Notes: generated from the sequence alone by a model not told the origin. Positions 50,820 to 63,515 are shown, counted from the stretch's first letter. The stretch is DNA of 64,000 bases from Octopus bimaculoides (GCF_001194135.2 NC_068992.1:19556838-19620837), one strand, 5' to 3'. Numbers and translations: made by a program.

Positions 50820-50972
50820 AAAAAGATTACATCGACCCAAGTGTTCAACTGGTACTTGTTTTATCGACCTCGAATGAAACGCGTAGTTGCCCTCAGTTGT
50901 ATTTGAACTGAGAGAGTAAAGCCGGAAGAACTGTCGCTAAGCTTTACATCCGGCGTGCTAACGATTCTGCCT
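50820..50972 (-). mobile_element. SINE-M, decayed
   Basis: atcgacccaagtgttcaactggtacttgttttatcgacc core, cggcgtgctaacgattctgcc head. Confidence 0.82.
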
Positions 50973-51249
50973 TTTTTTTTTTTTTGTCATTAAGCATTGC
51001 ATATAATATTACCATATCCTTCTAATCCACTACTGCCTACTTAGCATCAAATCTACCTCGCCTACTTTCAGGACTTCTTTCATCATAACAAATGACAGCA
51101 ATCTCTATCCAGTCACACATATAGCAACCGAATTTTGCACGAATCACAACTTACGTCTTCAAAAGAGAATGAACACATTATAAAACGTAGTTTTACAAGC
51201 ACTGTACCTAAATCTAATGCTCGTAACAGCAACAAATCGAATGACTGAA

Positions 51250-51299
<50 letters not shown>

Positions 51300-51334
51300 C
51301 CTCTCTCTCTCTCTCTNNNNNNNNNNTATCTATC

Positions 51335-51383
<49 letters not shown>

Positions 51384-51453
51384 CTAACTATCTATCTATG
51401 TAGGTAGCTAGCTAGCTATATCTACTTCTCCCTCTATATGTGTGTGTGTGTGT

Positions 51454-51491
<38 letters not shown>

Positions 51492-51497
51492 GTGTGT

Positions 51498-51746
51498 GGA
51501 AGCGCGTGGCTTTGTGGTTAGGGTGTCAGCATCATGATCGTAAGATTGTGGTTTCGATTCCTGGACCTGGCGACGCGTTGTGTTCTTGAGCAAAACACTT
51601 CATTTCACGTTGTTCCACTCCACTCAGCTGGCAAAAATGAGTAACGCTGCGATGGACTGGCGTCCCGTCCGGCTGGAGAACACATACACCATTGAAACCG
51701 GGAAACTGGGCCCATGAACCTCGCTAGGCTTTAAAAGGGCGCATTT
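51498..51746 (+). mobile_element. SINE-A3 (tRNA head, CORE-like middle, V-domain-like motif, distinct tail)
   Basis: gtggctttgtggttaggg / ggtttcgattcc boxes, gtgttcttgagcaaaacacttcatttcacgttg...cagctggcaaaaatgagta, then ctgcgatggactggcgtcccgtcc. Confidence 0.88.
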
Positions 51747-51782
51747 ATATTTATTATATGTTATATACATATATGCACAAAA

Positions 51783-52117
51783 GGGTAAAGACTGCTTTCG
51801 GTCGTGAATGACCATGGGATTGCACCTAGAAAGTTACCCTCAAAAGCACAAGTCCACACAAGGTTGTTTATAGAAGACCAGCAGTCACCCATGCATACCA
51901 GCTTCCTCTCTCCACGCCACTGATGCAATCCAAAGGAAAGGCCGATATAGATTGGAATCAGTGACGCCGCAACTCATTTTTACAGCTGAGTGAACTACAG
52001 CAACGTGAAATAAAGTGTTTTGCTCAAGAACACGACATACGGATTGGGCCAGGAAGCGAAATTACTACCGCATGTTTGTGAGCCCGACTCTCTAACCACT
52101 AAACCATGCGCTTTCAC
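51783..52117 (-). mobile_element. SINE-A4 (tRNA head, CORE-like middle, a third tail)
   Basis: Reverse complement: gcgcatggtttagtggttagag head, gtgttcttgagcaaaacactttatttcacgttgc...cagctgtaaaaatgag, then an unrelated tail ending ggtcattcacgaccgaaagcagtc. Confidence 0.86.
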
Positions 52118-53195
52118 GCACGTAGGGCTACCCATCAACAAAACCAACACCACCACCAATATATTTAATAACAACAGTAACATTACATTTAACGAAAGCT
52201 ACAACAACGAACGGGCCAACGAGGAATGGTTTACGTGATTGATAAACGTCATAGACGTAGCAGGCAAAAGTTATCCAGATTGATACACTTCAGCTGTGAG
52301 GTGGGGGTTATTTTTATAGGAGGAGACATTATCTAATTTAATACTAGATACACTGTATCTGCTAAGACATAATAGGTGGGACGGTCAATACTGGTCAGTG
52401 TCTCTGATCACAGTTCTACTTAATCAGAGTTGGTTTTAGGGATAAAAAACAACAACAATAGCCACAACAGCATGAACATTGCGAATGAATAAAGTTACCG
52501 TTATTAGTAATGGCACCAAAACCGCCGCAATAAAAGTTATGTGGAAACACCAATATTAATGATATCATTGCCATTATAAGCCTATCCACCACCACAAAAG
52601 CCACCACCACCACTATTAATACTACAAGCGCTACAACCAACTTTACCATTTAACCATCACAACAACAGTTATGACTATTACAGCCATTGCTTCTATCCCA
52701 TAGTAATAGGATTACACCATCATTATTTTGCATATTTCCAATACAATCAGAAAAGACAGTCTGGGTGTTCGATTGGTCGTCAAAATGCTGCAGGCTGCTG
52801 GTCTTGAATCACATGACCCTCCCACTCCACTGTGCCGTCTGCAGTTAATGTTGGATGCAGTGTAGCTTCTTTGCATCCACGTCCCGGCTATTTCTCCTCT
52901 TCCCGCTTCTCCTCCTACGACTGTAACTCCAAACACTGAGGCCACAACTATTATTTAAAACAGCAACAACAACATCAATAATAATAATATATACAATAAA
53001 TGGCAATATAAAATACAAACAAAAACAAGCAAAAATAAAACTCTGTAGAATACAGTCAATCCAATTCCAAATGCTATGTAATATAATTTCGATACGTATT
53101 TACAATTATTGATACGCCAGTATCCTTAGAAAGATACATACATGGATATCTGCATATGCGCATGTATACATACATATACATACATAAACACACAC

Positions 53196-53248
<53 letters not shown>

Positions 53249-53808
53249 TATTGTATGCATATATGTATATATTCGATATCCATACCCTTATATAGATATA
53301 TATCGAGAGAGATACATACAGACATGGATGTATACAGTCCCATACATACGTACATACATAAATATACACATACATTACATACATGCACACACATAAACAT
53401 ACGTGCGTACGTACATACATACATACATGCATGCATGCATACATACATACATACATACATACATACATACATACATACATACATTTGCATACGCATTTCT
53501 CTCTTTGAATATTTCAAACCTTTTTTACTTATAATTATAAACATAAATATATCAAAGAAATAAATATAAATAAATAAATATGTGGTTGTTATTATATTTT
53601 GCTATTGATTCTTGCATTCATTATTAACGTCGTTGTTGTTGTTGTTGCTGCTGTTCTTTTATTTATTGTTTGTATTGTTTTGTTTATGTTCCTTCCTCTT
53701 CCTGGCTCCTCTTCCTCCTCCTTCGTAGTCGTCTATTATTGTTTATCCTGTCTTTCTTATTCTTTCTTTGTTTTCTTATTTCATCCATTCATCCTTTCTT
53801 TCTTTGTC

Positions 53809-53810
<2 letters not shown>

Positions 53811-53880
<70 letters not shown>

Positions 53881-53881
53881 T
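53811..53881. repeat. (TCTT)n microsatellite
   Basis: Direct observation. Confidence 0.97.
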
Positions 53882-54116
53882 TCCTTCCGCAGTCTCAACA
53901 TGCCGTGCAGTGATATTTATCTTTCGAGCCGAAATCACGTGATGAGTTGCAAAGATTTAATCGAAATCTCCAGCGCAATCTGCGTCCCACACATAAAACA
54001 TAAACACACACACGGATACGCACACACAAACACATACAGATACAAACACACACACACACACATAAAAATACACGCACATGCACACACAAAAACGAACTTA
54101 TATGTATATACAGGAA

Positions 54117-54253
54117 AGGCGTGGCTGTGTAGTAAGTAGGTTGCTTACAGAGCACATGGTTCCACGTTCAGTCCTAGTGCATGGCACCTTGGGCAAATGT
54201 CTTCTACTATAGCCCGGGTGGATTTGGTAGACGAAACTGAAAGACACCTGTCG

Positions 54254-54317
<64 letters not shown>

Positions 54318-54553
54318 TTTGCGCGCGCGTGTGCGTGTGTTTGTGCGTGTTCGTTCCCACACCATCGCTTGACAACCGATGTTGGAGTGTTTGTATCCCT
54401 GTAACTTTTCGGTTCGGCAAAATAGAACGACAGAATAAGTACTAGACTTAGAAAGAATAAGACCTGGCATCGATTTGTTCGAGTAAAGTGTGCTCCAGTA
54501 TGACCGCAGTCACATGACTGAAGCAAGTAAAAGAATAAAAGAATAAAAGAATA
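54117..54553 (+). mobile_element. SINE-C, full length, with internal (TA)n(TG)n
   Basis: Head aggcgtggctgtgtagtaag, ggcaccttgggcaaatgtcttctactatagcc, gatttggtagacgaaactgaaag, microsatellite at about 54254-54340, cgcttgacaaccgatgttgg, tail gactgaagcaagtaaaagaataaaagaataaaagaata. Confidence 0.92.
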
Positions 54554-55359
54554 TATATATGCACAAAGTCAATATTTGCGAAATCTTAAACACTCTCTTG
54601 TTGATTCTGTCCGTAGCAGACACAGCGTAAATTCATACGCTCACATCAAATACATGTATATAGATCAACTCTATATAAAATATGCCATCATTTTAAACAC
54701 TTACATTAGTGTTTACTTACATGCATGCATACATGCATGCATACATACATAGATACATGTATATATATATATATGTATGTATGTATGTATGTTTGTATGT
54801 GTATATATCTGCTTGTGTGTGTATATGTATGGTCCTATGCAGCTACACATGCCAGCTTAGAATGCTATATCGAGTCGCATTAGCGCGGAAAGTTTCCTAT
54901 AACATAAATACACTCATACATACAGATATATATCCATACATATGAACACTTACAGCACAGACACACATACACACACATAACACACGCACACACACACACA
55001 AATGCAAACACACACACACGCACATATATATGTTTACATACTGGTAGCCACAATGTATATGGTGTCGTGTAGTCACGTGATCTCCGATATATCACACGCG
55101 TACAGATACATGCTCTAACACACCATAAAATATGCACACAGAAACACACACACAACAATTAGTTAATTACACATTATATCATGAAGGTACAATACGCACT
55201 GCAGAACGGGACGTGTATGTGTGAATATATGTGTGTGCGAGTTTGTGTGTGTGTGTGTGACTATTTGCTTATCTCACGTCTAACATAGCAACTATAACAT
55301 ACATACATGCCGTTGAATGTACAAACATCTATTTAAATATATACACTTACATGCATAAA

Positions 55360-56400
55360 CCAGCTTTATGTATATACATTCCTGCTGTATAGAAATCAAT
55401 GTGTACATATTATTCAGCTTCTTCCCCTCCTGCATCAATATTAGAATTGCATTCTTGATCCTTGCTGTTGGCACAGATTCCACACACTGCACATTACAGC
55501 CATCAATTATTCTTGCTGCTGGCATCATTCCCACACTTCAGATTTTTATTTGTAAGTCTGATTAAGAAGAGAAGTAGCGCTTCATTTGACCTGTATTGGT
55601 GATCCTTGGATGAAGGATCAAGAAAACTGGGTAAGCTTTGTTCTGTTGATGTTTGACTACACTGGTCGCGAAGTTCGTAAATCGATCAAACGCTAGTCGT
55701 AGACAGAGAGTATGAAACTTGTGTAGAATGTTTAAAGAGAAATACAACAGACTGATTTTTCCCTTAAGTCTACGTAGATTAACTATACATTTCGTACAGT
55801 AGGTTATTTAAAATATTATACAATGTTCTAGACTCTTTCATCTCTTTGACGAATGAAGGTTCCACATTTGCCTCAGGTTTGTAGAAGTCGACCATTACCC
55901 TATGGCCGCCTGAGCGCAGGGTCAAAGTTGATGACTTCCACTAGCATCCTCTAGCCACTTTCGCCTATCAGCATCTGACTTAGGAAGAAAGTGTGATAGT
56001 GTTGGCACTGCTATCGTGTTTTGTTGAACATGAAATGTATCATTATAGTGCATGATATGTATCATTATAGTGGGTATAGATTGTGCAGAGCCAGTCCCAT
56101 TCTTTCATCCTTCAAACTTGCATTAGTTTGTTGCATTAGTTTGCTGCAACAAGCCTCAAGAGCCCAGTTGTAATCAGAATGCAGGATATGTTAGGAGTTA
56201 CCTTTTCTTAGATGAGCAGTTAAAAAATCTGAAGGGTTCCTTCTTCCCTGAGACCGTTGGAGGTCACTGTGAGTGACCTTCCCCGGAGACAATTCCGTGA
56301 CATACTAATGAACCCATAGCTGGTACTCTGGTAGATGCTACTTCTCCGTTTAAGGTTAATAGGGGTTACGACGTGGTTCCACACTACGCAATATTTTGGA
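55360..56400 (-). mobile_element. Possible decayed RTE-like LINE 5' region
   Basis: ccttttcttagatgag...ctgaagggttccttcttccctgag (about 56192-56252) resembles, from recall, the antisense of an RTE 5' UTR motif. Minus-strand PRITNTG / NEALLLFLIRL loosely resembles the APE C-terminus. Weak. Confidence 0.3.
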
Positions 56401-57903
56401 ATTCCTTACCCGGCTCCCCCCCACTAATGCACGCAAGCAAAATAATACCCCGCACAAACGTATACATTCTAACAATACAATAGCACAATGCTTTCATTGT
56501 CTACAGTATCACAAACTGTATTTTATGCTTGTTACTTCCTTAAACGCAAGGAAAATAGTTCAGTGGATGTTAATCGTTTTGATTAAAGAAACTGGTCCCA
56601 TGTGGCAGACCTAAGAACCATGCAATCTCGTATTCTATGCATTCGGAAATTCACCTAAACCCCCAGATTTATTGTAGTATTCTGCAGTAAAAGACTTACG
56701 ATAACATGGATAGAATGCGGTGGCTATTTAGCCCCAGGTCACTCCTAGACGATCAAACATCTTAAGTCAAAGGCATTATAACTGTCGGACCTTACATTAT
56801 TCCATAAGATATAAACAATTTCATTGGAACTAGTCCTGAAGAATGAATACTCTTTGATATTGTAAAATATTCGTTTCAATATTTAGAAGAAAAACAGAAA
56901 TTTACCAACAGTCTCCTTTCCTATATAATATGCATAACCACACACATATATCTTTGCTTATATATATATANNNNNNNNNNNNNNNNNNNNNNNNNNNNNN
57001 NNNNNNNNNNNNNNNNNNNNNNNNNNNNNNNNNNNNNNNNNNNNNNNNNNNNNNNNNNNNNNNNNNNNNNNNNNNNNNNNNNNNNNNNNNNNNNNNNNNN
57101 NNNNNNNNNNNNNNNNNNNNNNNNNNNNNNNNNNNNNNNNNNNNNNNNNNNNNNNNNNNNNNNNNNNNNNNNNNNNNNNNNNNNNNNNNNNNNNNNNNNN
57201 NNNNNNNNNNNNNNNNNNNNNNNNNNNNNNNNNNNNNNNNNNNNNNNNNNNNNNNNNNNNNNNNNNNNNNNNNNNNNNNNNNNNNNNNNNNNNNNNNNNN
57301 NNNNNNNNNNNNNNNNNNNNNNNNNNNNNNNNNNNNNNNNNNNNNNNNNNNNNNNNNNNNNNNNNNNNNNNNNNNNNNNNNNNNNNNNNNNNNNNNNNNA
57401 TATATATATATATATATATATATTCATACTCCTATATATACGTAAATATGCGTGCGTGTATATGTGTGTACGTAGACAGAAATGTAGGTTTGTGTAGTGC
57501 TTGTGTATGGATGCGTTTGTGTAGGTGCACGGATGTGTTCCTCTATGTGCACGCGTAGACACAAACAAAGCGAAACAAATAATTTGTTTAAAATCTTAAC
57601 CAAGATGTAGCGCTAGCAACGTATTTTAATATATTTTCAACTGTTCGCGAACGGGAGGAAATTGTCATGTCGTTTTTTTTATGTTGTTTGTCTTCCGTAT
57701 TTTGGAATGTAAATTTGAAATTTAATGCAAAAATGCATTTAGATCTTGTTTGAATATATTGTGTAATATATCGATATGTTTGTATATTGCATATGGGTAT
57801 CGATTATTATTTCCCGTTTATTTATTTGTAACTCGGTATTGGTGTCAATATTGAGAAATATATAAATATATTTAGGACTAGAGCGCTGAGCACTGGGGTG
57901 TAG

Positions 57904-58560
57904 AAATACAAACTTGTTACCAGTTCAAATATGCTTGGGAACACCCGAACCCGCAAGGAGGTTATTCACTGTATTTTGTCATGGACAAAATTTTTCGCTG
58001 TAAAAAAAAAAAAAAAAAAACAAGGTGTGAACATACGACACAAATTCGAGGGATCCTATACCAGACTGATGCATGCATGTACTTTAGTATGGTTATCTCC
58101 TCTTCAGCATCAGACGCCAGAATGTGGAACCCTACGAACAGACAAGAGGTGAAGAATAGCTTTTATTATTTTCTCGTTATCGTACTATGACTGCTTCCGC
58201 TAATCTGGGGTTCACCGTAAATACAAACACAAGCTTGTTATTAGTTCAAATATGCTTGGGGCATATTGGAATCCGAAAGAAAGCCATTGGATACATTTTT
58301 TCATGGAAAATATATCTCAATGTAGAAAAATAGACGCAAACACGCTGTTTCATTTCGAAACGCCCTGTACCTTGACTGATGAATGCTTGCATTTCGGAGT
58401 GATTAGCTCCTCCTCAGCATCAGATACTGGAAAGGAGAGCGCTCTGAACTATTTGGTGTATTCATTCCTATTTGCATACAGCATGAAATTTTCTCCAAAA
58501 TAAAAACAACAAAAAAAATTAAGGAAACTTTGTTACGGATTCGAATATGCTCCATGCTTA
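57904..58560 (+). repeat. Decayed tandem duplication, period about 315 bp (two units plus a partial third)
   Basis: Collinear motifs aaatacaaac, cttgtta..agttcaaatatgcttggg, gactgatg(c/a)atgc and ctcct(c/t)..cagcatcaga in units starting at 57904 and 58219. Partial third unit near 58527. Confidence 0.8.
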
Positions 58561-58867
58561 TTTAAACTGATAAAAGGTTTGTATCAAAATATATATGTAT
58601 ATTGTACCCAAATTAACTTTATTAATTCAAGCCATTTTATCAAATATTGCGTGATGGAATTCCGAGGTAAACTTGAAGTAAGAAAATAAAGTAATAGCAG
58701 ATATCTACCTATATTCTAAACATGTTCCCGAGACAAAGTTACTCTACAAAGTTTGGTGATGTTTTCAATACGTGACACATTTAGGAAAAAAAAAAAAAGA
58801 ATGAAATGGAAAAAAACCCCAGTAAAACATGAAGAAAATATTTCTTTGCAAGATGCATTGCTAATCT

Positions 58868-59331
58868 TTTATCTTCTACTTATTTGAGTCAATTGGACTG
58901 CGGCCATGTTGGGGTGCCACCTTAAAGGGTTTAGTCTAATTATCAACACCCGTACTTATTTTTTAAGTATGTTACTTGTTGTAGCTGTTCTTTTCACTGA
59001 ACCACTAAGTTACGTGGATGTAAAAATTCAACACCATGTGTCAAGCGGGGATGCGGCCAAGCACACATAAACACACGAACACACACACATACAATTCACA
59101 AGCACACCCACATACAGACACATATATAGGTAGAACTATCTGTTTCAAGGTCGGATAATTGGCGACTAAACCGATAGTCCCAATTGGTTTTCCAGGTAAG
59201 AGATATTATGGACACTCTGCCGCAATAAGAACAAGATCTGTCACGTGGGTTGGTAAACCATGCTTCTGGTCCAAGAACGTAAGCATGAAATCTCCAATGA
59301 AAGACAGACACGCACACATATACACACACAC

Positions 59332-59383
<52 letters not shown>

Positions 59384-59392
59384 GGATGGATG

Positions 59393-59426
<34 letters not shown>

Positions 59427-59540
59427 ATTGGTCCGGAGCTACAGTAGAAGACTCTTACCCAAGGTGTTGCAAAGTGGAACTGAACCCAAAATCACGTAGT
59501 TGCAAAAGGAACTTCCAAACCACGTAGTCATGCTTGCGGT
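58868..59540 (-). mobile_element. SINE-C with expanded interior (CA run, about 170-bp unique insert, GATA run)
   Basis: Tail gactgcggccatgttggggtgccacc at the left. Head gagctacagtagaagactcttacccaaggtg...gaactgaacccaaaatcacg at 59425-59540. Confidence 0.75.
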
Positions 59541-60536
59541 TATTGTTTATTTCTTTTATCTTTGAATGGGCAAAATACTAAATTTATCTTCTAATGTAAA
59601 CAAATTCTAGTCAGCCAAATATTTTTTTAAAATTTATTTAAAACCCGTTCTTCCTTTCGTCGAGGTATAAATTTCTGGACACACAACGGCTATGGTAAGC
59701 AGTTGCTTCTAAACTGCTTCATGAAAGAAAGAAGTCAACACCGAAGACAGTTCCAAAATTTTCTATGCCTTATATTAGTCTTTGAGTTGATACTAAACCG
59801 AATTGGGTGGGGTGGGGTAGATCTACTACCCTAAAGTTTGAACAGTACTAATGTCTTTTTTTTTTTGCACAGTTTCTGTCAACATAAGTTCTATCTTATC
59901 ATTTTGCTTCATCCGTTATTACCGGGAAAAATGTTTGAATGTGGGGAAAATTCTTTAGCATAGACTTGTATATGGGAAAAAAATTCTTTAGCATAGCGAA
60001 ATCTTTTACCAGACAGCTATGCCTGCCCTCCGAATTGTTTGTTATTAACACTCACTGTATTTTATTAATTTAATTAAAGCGAGTTATTAAATACAAAATA
60101 TTGATTAAATTTATTCTTTGACAGTACTTTTATGGCTTCCATCAATTTTTATATGTTGAAGCTGCTGTTTGTCTATTTTTCAGTTCACCCGAGACTAACC
60201 CGACAAAGAATGGCACAGAACAATAAGCTTCACACAAAGACTTGCCCGAAGAGTGTTTATGACCGCAGATGCATAAATGCTAGCTTACAAACTATTATGG
60301 ATCGCACTAATACTGTAAACATACGGTTAACTCAAGATCCAACGAATGAAATATATATATCAATATTGAATAATAATTGTCAAAGGAAAGTAGGATTGTA
60401 AATACAGCCTTATCAAATATTATAAAACGACCAAATATGATAACAATAGGGCAACTATTTATATTACTCTCCACTCATTCCATTCATATCTAACACAAAT
60501 CCAGAGCATGTGTGCGCAATTGATTTTATTTTGCAG

Positions 60537-60697
60537 AGAATATACAAGCGTTTATCATTATTCGGTCATTTTGCAAGAAACGCCACTGTTACAACTGCCT
60601 TTGTTGCTGCTACTGCTGCTGCTGCTGTTTTTCTTCCTTTTGCTGCAGCAGGTTCTACCGAAAATTTGCTTCCATATATGGAGTGCAAGTTGTTAAT
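60537..60697 (+). other. Candidate 161-nt exon, unverified
   Basis: Acceptor gattttattttgcag, donor AAT|GTAAGT, two frames open. Contains a GCT repeat. No recognisable homology. Confidence 0.2.
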
Positions 60698-61572
60698 GTA
60701 AGTGTAACAAACCTAAAAGACCGTGATAGAAGCTCAATATCAATGCGTCTTACCGTGGGCGTGGAGTTTTTCTATTTAATGCAAACAAAAGAAGAAAAAA
60801 ATCTCGCATAATCCAAACTGAGGAAATTAATGCATTGGAGGATGATATCAATGTCACACAATCATATCTTGTGTATATATAATTAAGAAAATTCCAGCAT
60901 ACGTAAATATGAACTTATGGATATATCGATTAATGACGAGTAATGCTAGTAGCAGAAGAATCCATGTCAGTTTCGATCTGGCAAATCCAATAATTCGTGT
61001 ATCCTTGCTACCAATGCCGTTCGCAAAAATAAAATTATCAGTTATAAAAAAAAAAAAAAATTATCAACATTGAAAAAAAGTGACAAGGAAATAGCTAGAA
61101 ATACATGAAAATGATAATGAGGGAGCGAGATTTTCGAAACTTTGATGGAATATGATTGGTTCATGTCCTTTAACTAAATATTTCGAATAAACGAAGGAGC
61201 CACTTAAGTAGTAGGAACTAACCGCCGAGCTCTATTTAGGATTTAAACAAGCCATATCAGAGCCAGGTATTCTACCTATTATTCGTCATGAGTCAATATA
61301 GAAAGACATATCGGTTTCATCGTTGCTGTTCACCTACAAGCGATCACGAGACCGGTATGACTTGTCTATATCCACTCATGATAATGATTATTATACTTCT
61401 TTATTCCACCTCAAATCATTTATTTGCATGTATACATATGTTCTTTATATAAAAAAGATGCCATTACTTTTATATCAAGTGTGTGTTCTCTTTGTTTCTT
61501 TTTACTTCTCCCCTATTTATACCACGTGTAGTCTTTTTTTCTTTGAAACAGTTTCTCTCTCTCTCTCTCTCT

Positions 61573-61612
<40 letters not shown>

Positions 61613-62262
61613 ATGTGCATTTATTCGAGATTGCGTATATATGCTGTTTCTTTTACCCCATGGAATTACAGATTACACGTACATGATATTATTCTTTGGA
61701 TGAATTCCATAGGTATTATACTACACATTACATTATCAAGTAATAACAGACCCATATGTAAATGTCTAATATTGACTGACAAATTATAAGCGTCTAAGCA
61801 TTGGCCCACAACTATTCAGATCAAACTAATTTCGATGGAATTGTTCAGAATGTTTGGATGCTGACATCCACAATAAACCAATAATTATATTTATTCCACT
61901 TTTTCAATTCGAACCATCTATCCTGTGTGTTATATTTGCAAGTTTTGATTGGAATTTTCCGCTAATATTCTTTATGTTGGAGAAATGAATGCGTGCGTTA
62001 TCTAATAATAACATGTGTCTGTGTGTGTGTGTCCGTATGTGTGTGTGTGTCTGTGTGTGTGTGTGTGTGTGTGTGAGCAATCAACTCTATCACCGAAGAA
62101 ACTCTCACACACACACACTCACACACACACACTCACACACACACACACGCATGCAAATAGAGACATGTACAAATACACACACTGACATAAGTATGAGTGT
62201 ATCTATACAGATACGCATGTATACAAACATATATGTGTCTATATATCGATGCAAGTACATTA

Positions 62263-62360
62263 AATAAGAATAAGTCCTGGGGTCGATTTACTCGACTAAA
62301 GGCGGTGCCCCAGCACGGCCGCTGTCAAATGACTGAAACAAGTAAAAGAGAGTAAAGAGA
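62263..62360 (+). mobile_element. SINE-C 3' tail fragment
   Basis: aagaataagtcctggggtcgatttactcgactaaaggcggtgccccagcacggccgctgtcaaatgactgaaacaagtaaaagag. Confidence 0.92.
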
Positions 62361-63403
62361 GATTATGCGGTAGTGTCCCCTATATATAATACGAAGTGTA
62401 GAGGAACTTATATACAGAGAAAGACATACGGAGACATATAACAAATATTCATACATATAAATATGTTTGATGCATGTGTGTGCGCGCGAGTGGTTCTTTT
62501 CTAAAGACCCACGACAAGAGGCGTAAGGTTGAGCTATTGTAGTTGTTCAGGATATTTACATTGCAATTTCAGTTCCCACAACGGCCAGTTCTGTTATTTC
62601 ATTATTACGGAGTTGTTAAATAAATTACTAGTCCTGCACACCAAATGAGATGCCATGTTGTACGTTCCACCGTAGGCTGGTTTTTCTCGCCACAAATTCT
62701 ACTATAGATTCAAATGCTACTATAGATTCAACGGAGAAATAATATGGACGTGCTGCACAAAACAGTGTGAAGCCCTGGTATATCACAGCTATATGACAGA
62801 CCATTCATCTTCTTACATTTATGACATGTATACACCGATGTTTATAAGAAAACTAGCAAAAAAAAAAAAAAAAAANNNNNNNNNNNNNNNNNNNNNNNNN
62901 NNNNNNNNNNNNNNNNNNNNNNNNNNNNNNNNNNNNNNNNNNNNNNNNNNNNNNNNNNNNNNNNNNNNNNNNNNNNNNNNNNNNNNNNNNNNNNNNNNNN
63001 NNNNNNNNNNNNNNNNNNNNNNNNNNNNNNNNNNNNNNNNNNNNNNNNNNNNNNNNNNNNNNNNNNNNNNNNNNNNNNNNNNNNNNNNNNNNNNNNNNNN
63101 NNNNNNNNNNNNNNNNNNNNNNNNNNNNNNNNNNNNNNNNNNNNNNNNNNNNNNNNNNNNNNNNNNNNNNNNNNNNNNNNNNNNNNNNNNNNNNNNNNNN
63201 NNNNNNNNNNNNNNNNNNNNNNNNNNNNNNNNNNNNNNNNNNNNNNNNNNNNNNNNNNNNNNNNNNNNNNNNNNNNNNNNNNNNNNNNNNNNNNNNNNNN
63301 NNNNNNNNNNNNNNNNNNNNNNNNNNNNNATATATGTATATATATGTATGTATATACTCAGATGGAGAAGTGTATAATTGATACGAGAAACGAAACAAAA
63401 TAC

Positions 63404-63515
63404 CTGATTCTGGAGAAGATGTGTGTGTACTTGGTCAAGGCAGGTGTAAACATCGACGGGAACAGCTTGACAAAAGGACAAGTAAACATCTCATATCTGA
63501 TCTTTGCCTGCTGTC
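63404..63515 (-). other. Candidate 112-nt exon (xQQAKIRYEMFTCPFVKLFPSMFTPALTKYTHIFSRIR), unverified
   Basis: Acceptor cccttttcacag with upstream actaat, donor CAG|GTATTT, one open frame. No recognisable homology. Confidence 0.25.

Larger units (their letters stand above)
378..63329. other. 15 assembly gaps (N runs)
   Basis: 378-389, 3737-4536, 10608-11029, 12926-13283, 16717-17315, 22703-23032, 29559-29934, 32767-32983, 38133-38563, 39500-40060, 42490-43332, 46013-46536, 51317-51326, 56971-57399, 62876-63329. Confidence 0.99.

Noticed and set aside
52712-52945. GC-richer 77-aa minus-strand ORF; another frame has VEWEGHVI (RTE RWAGHV-like)
   Set aside because: No splice support, and the single motif is too degenerate to call either an exon or a LINE.
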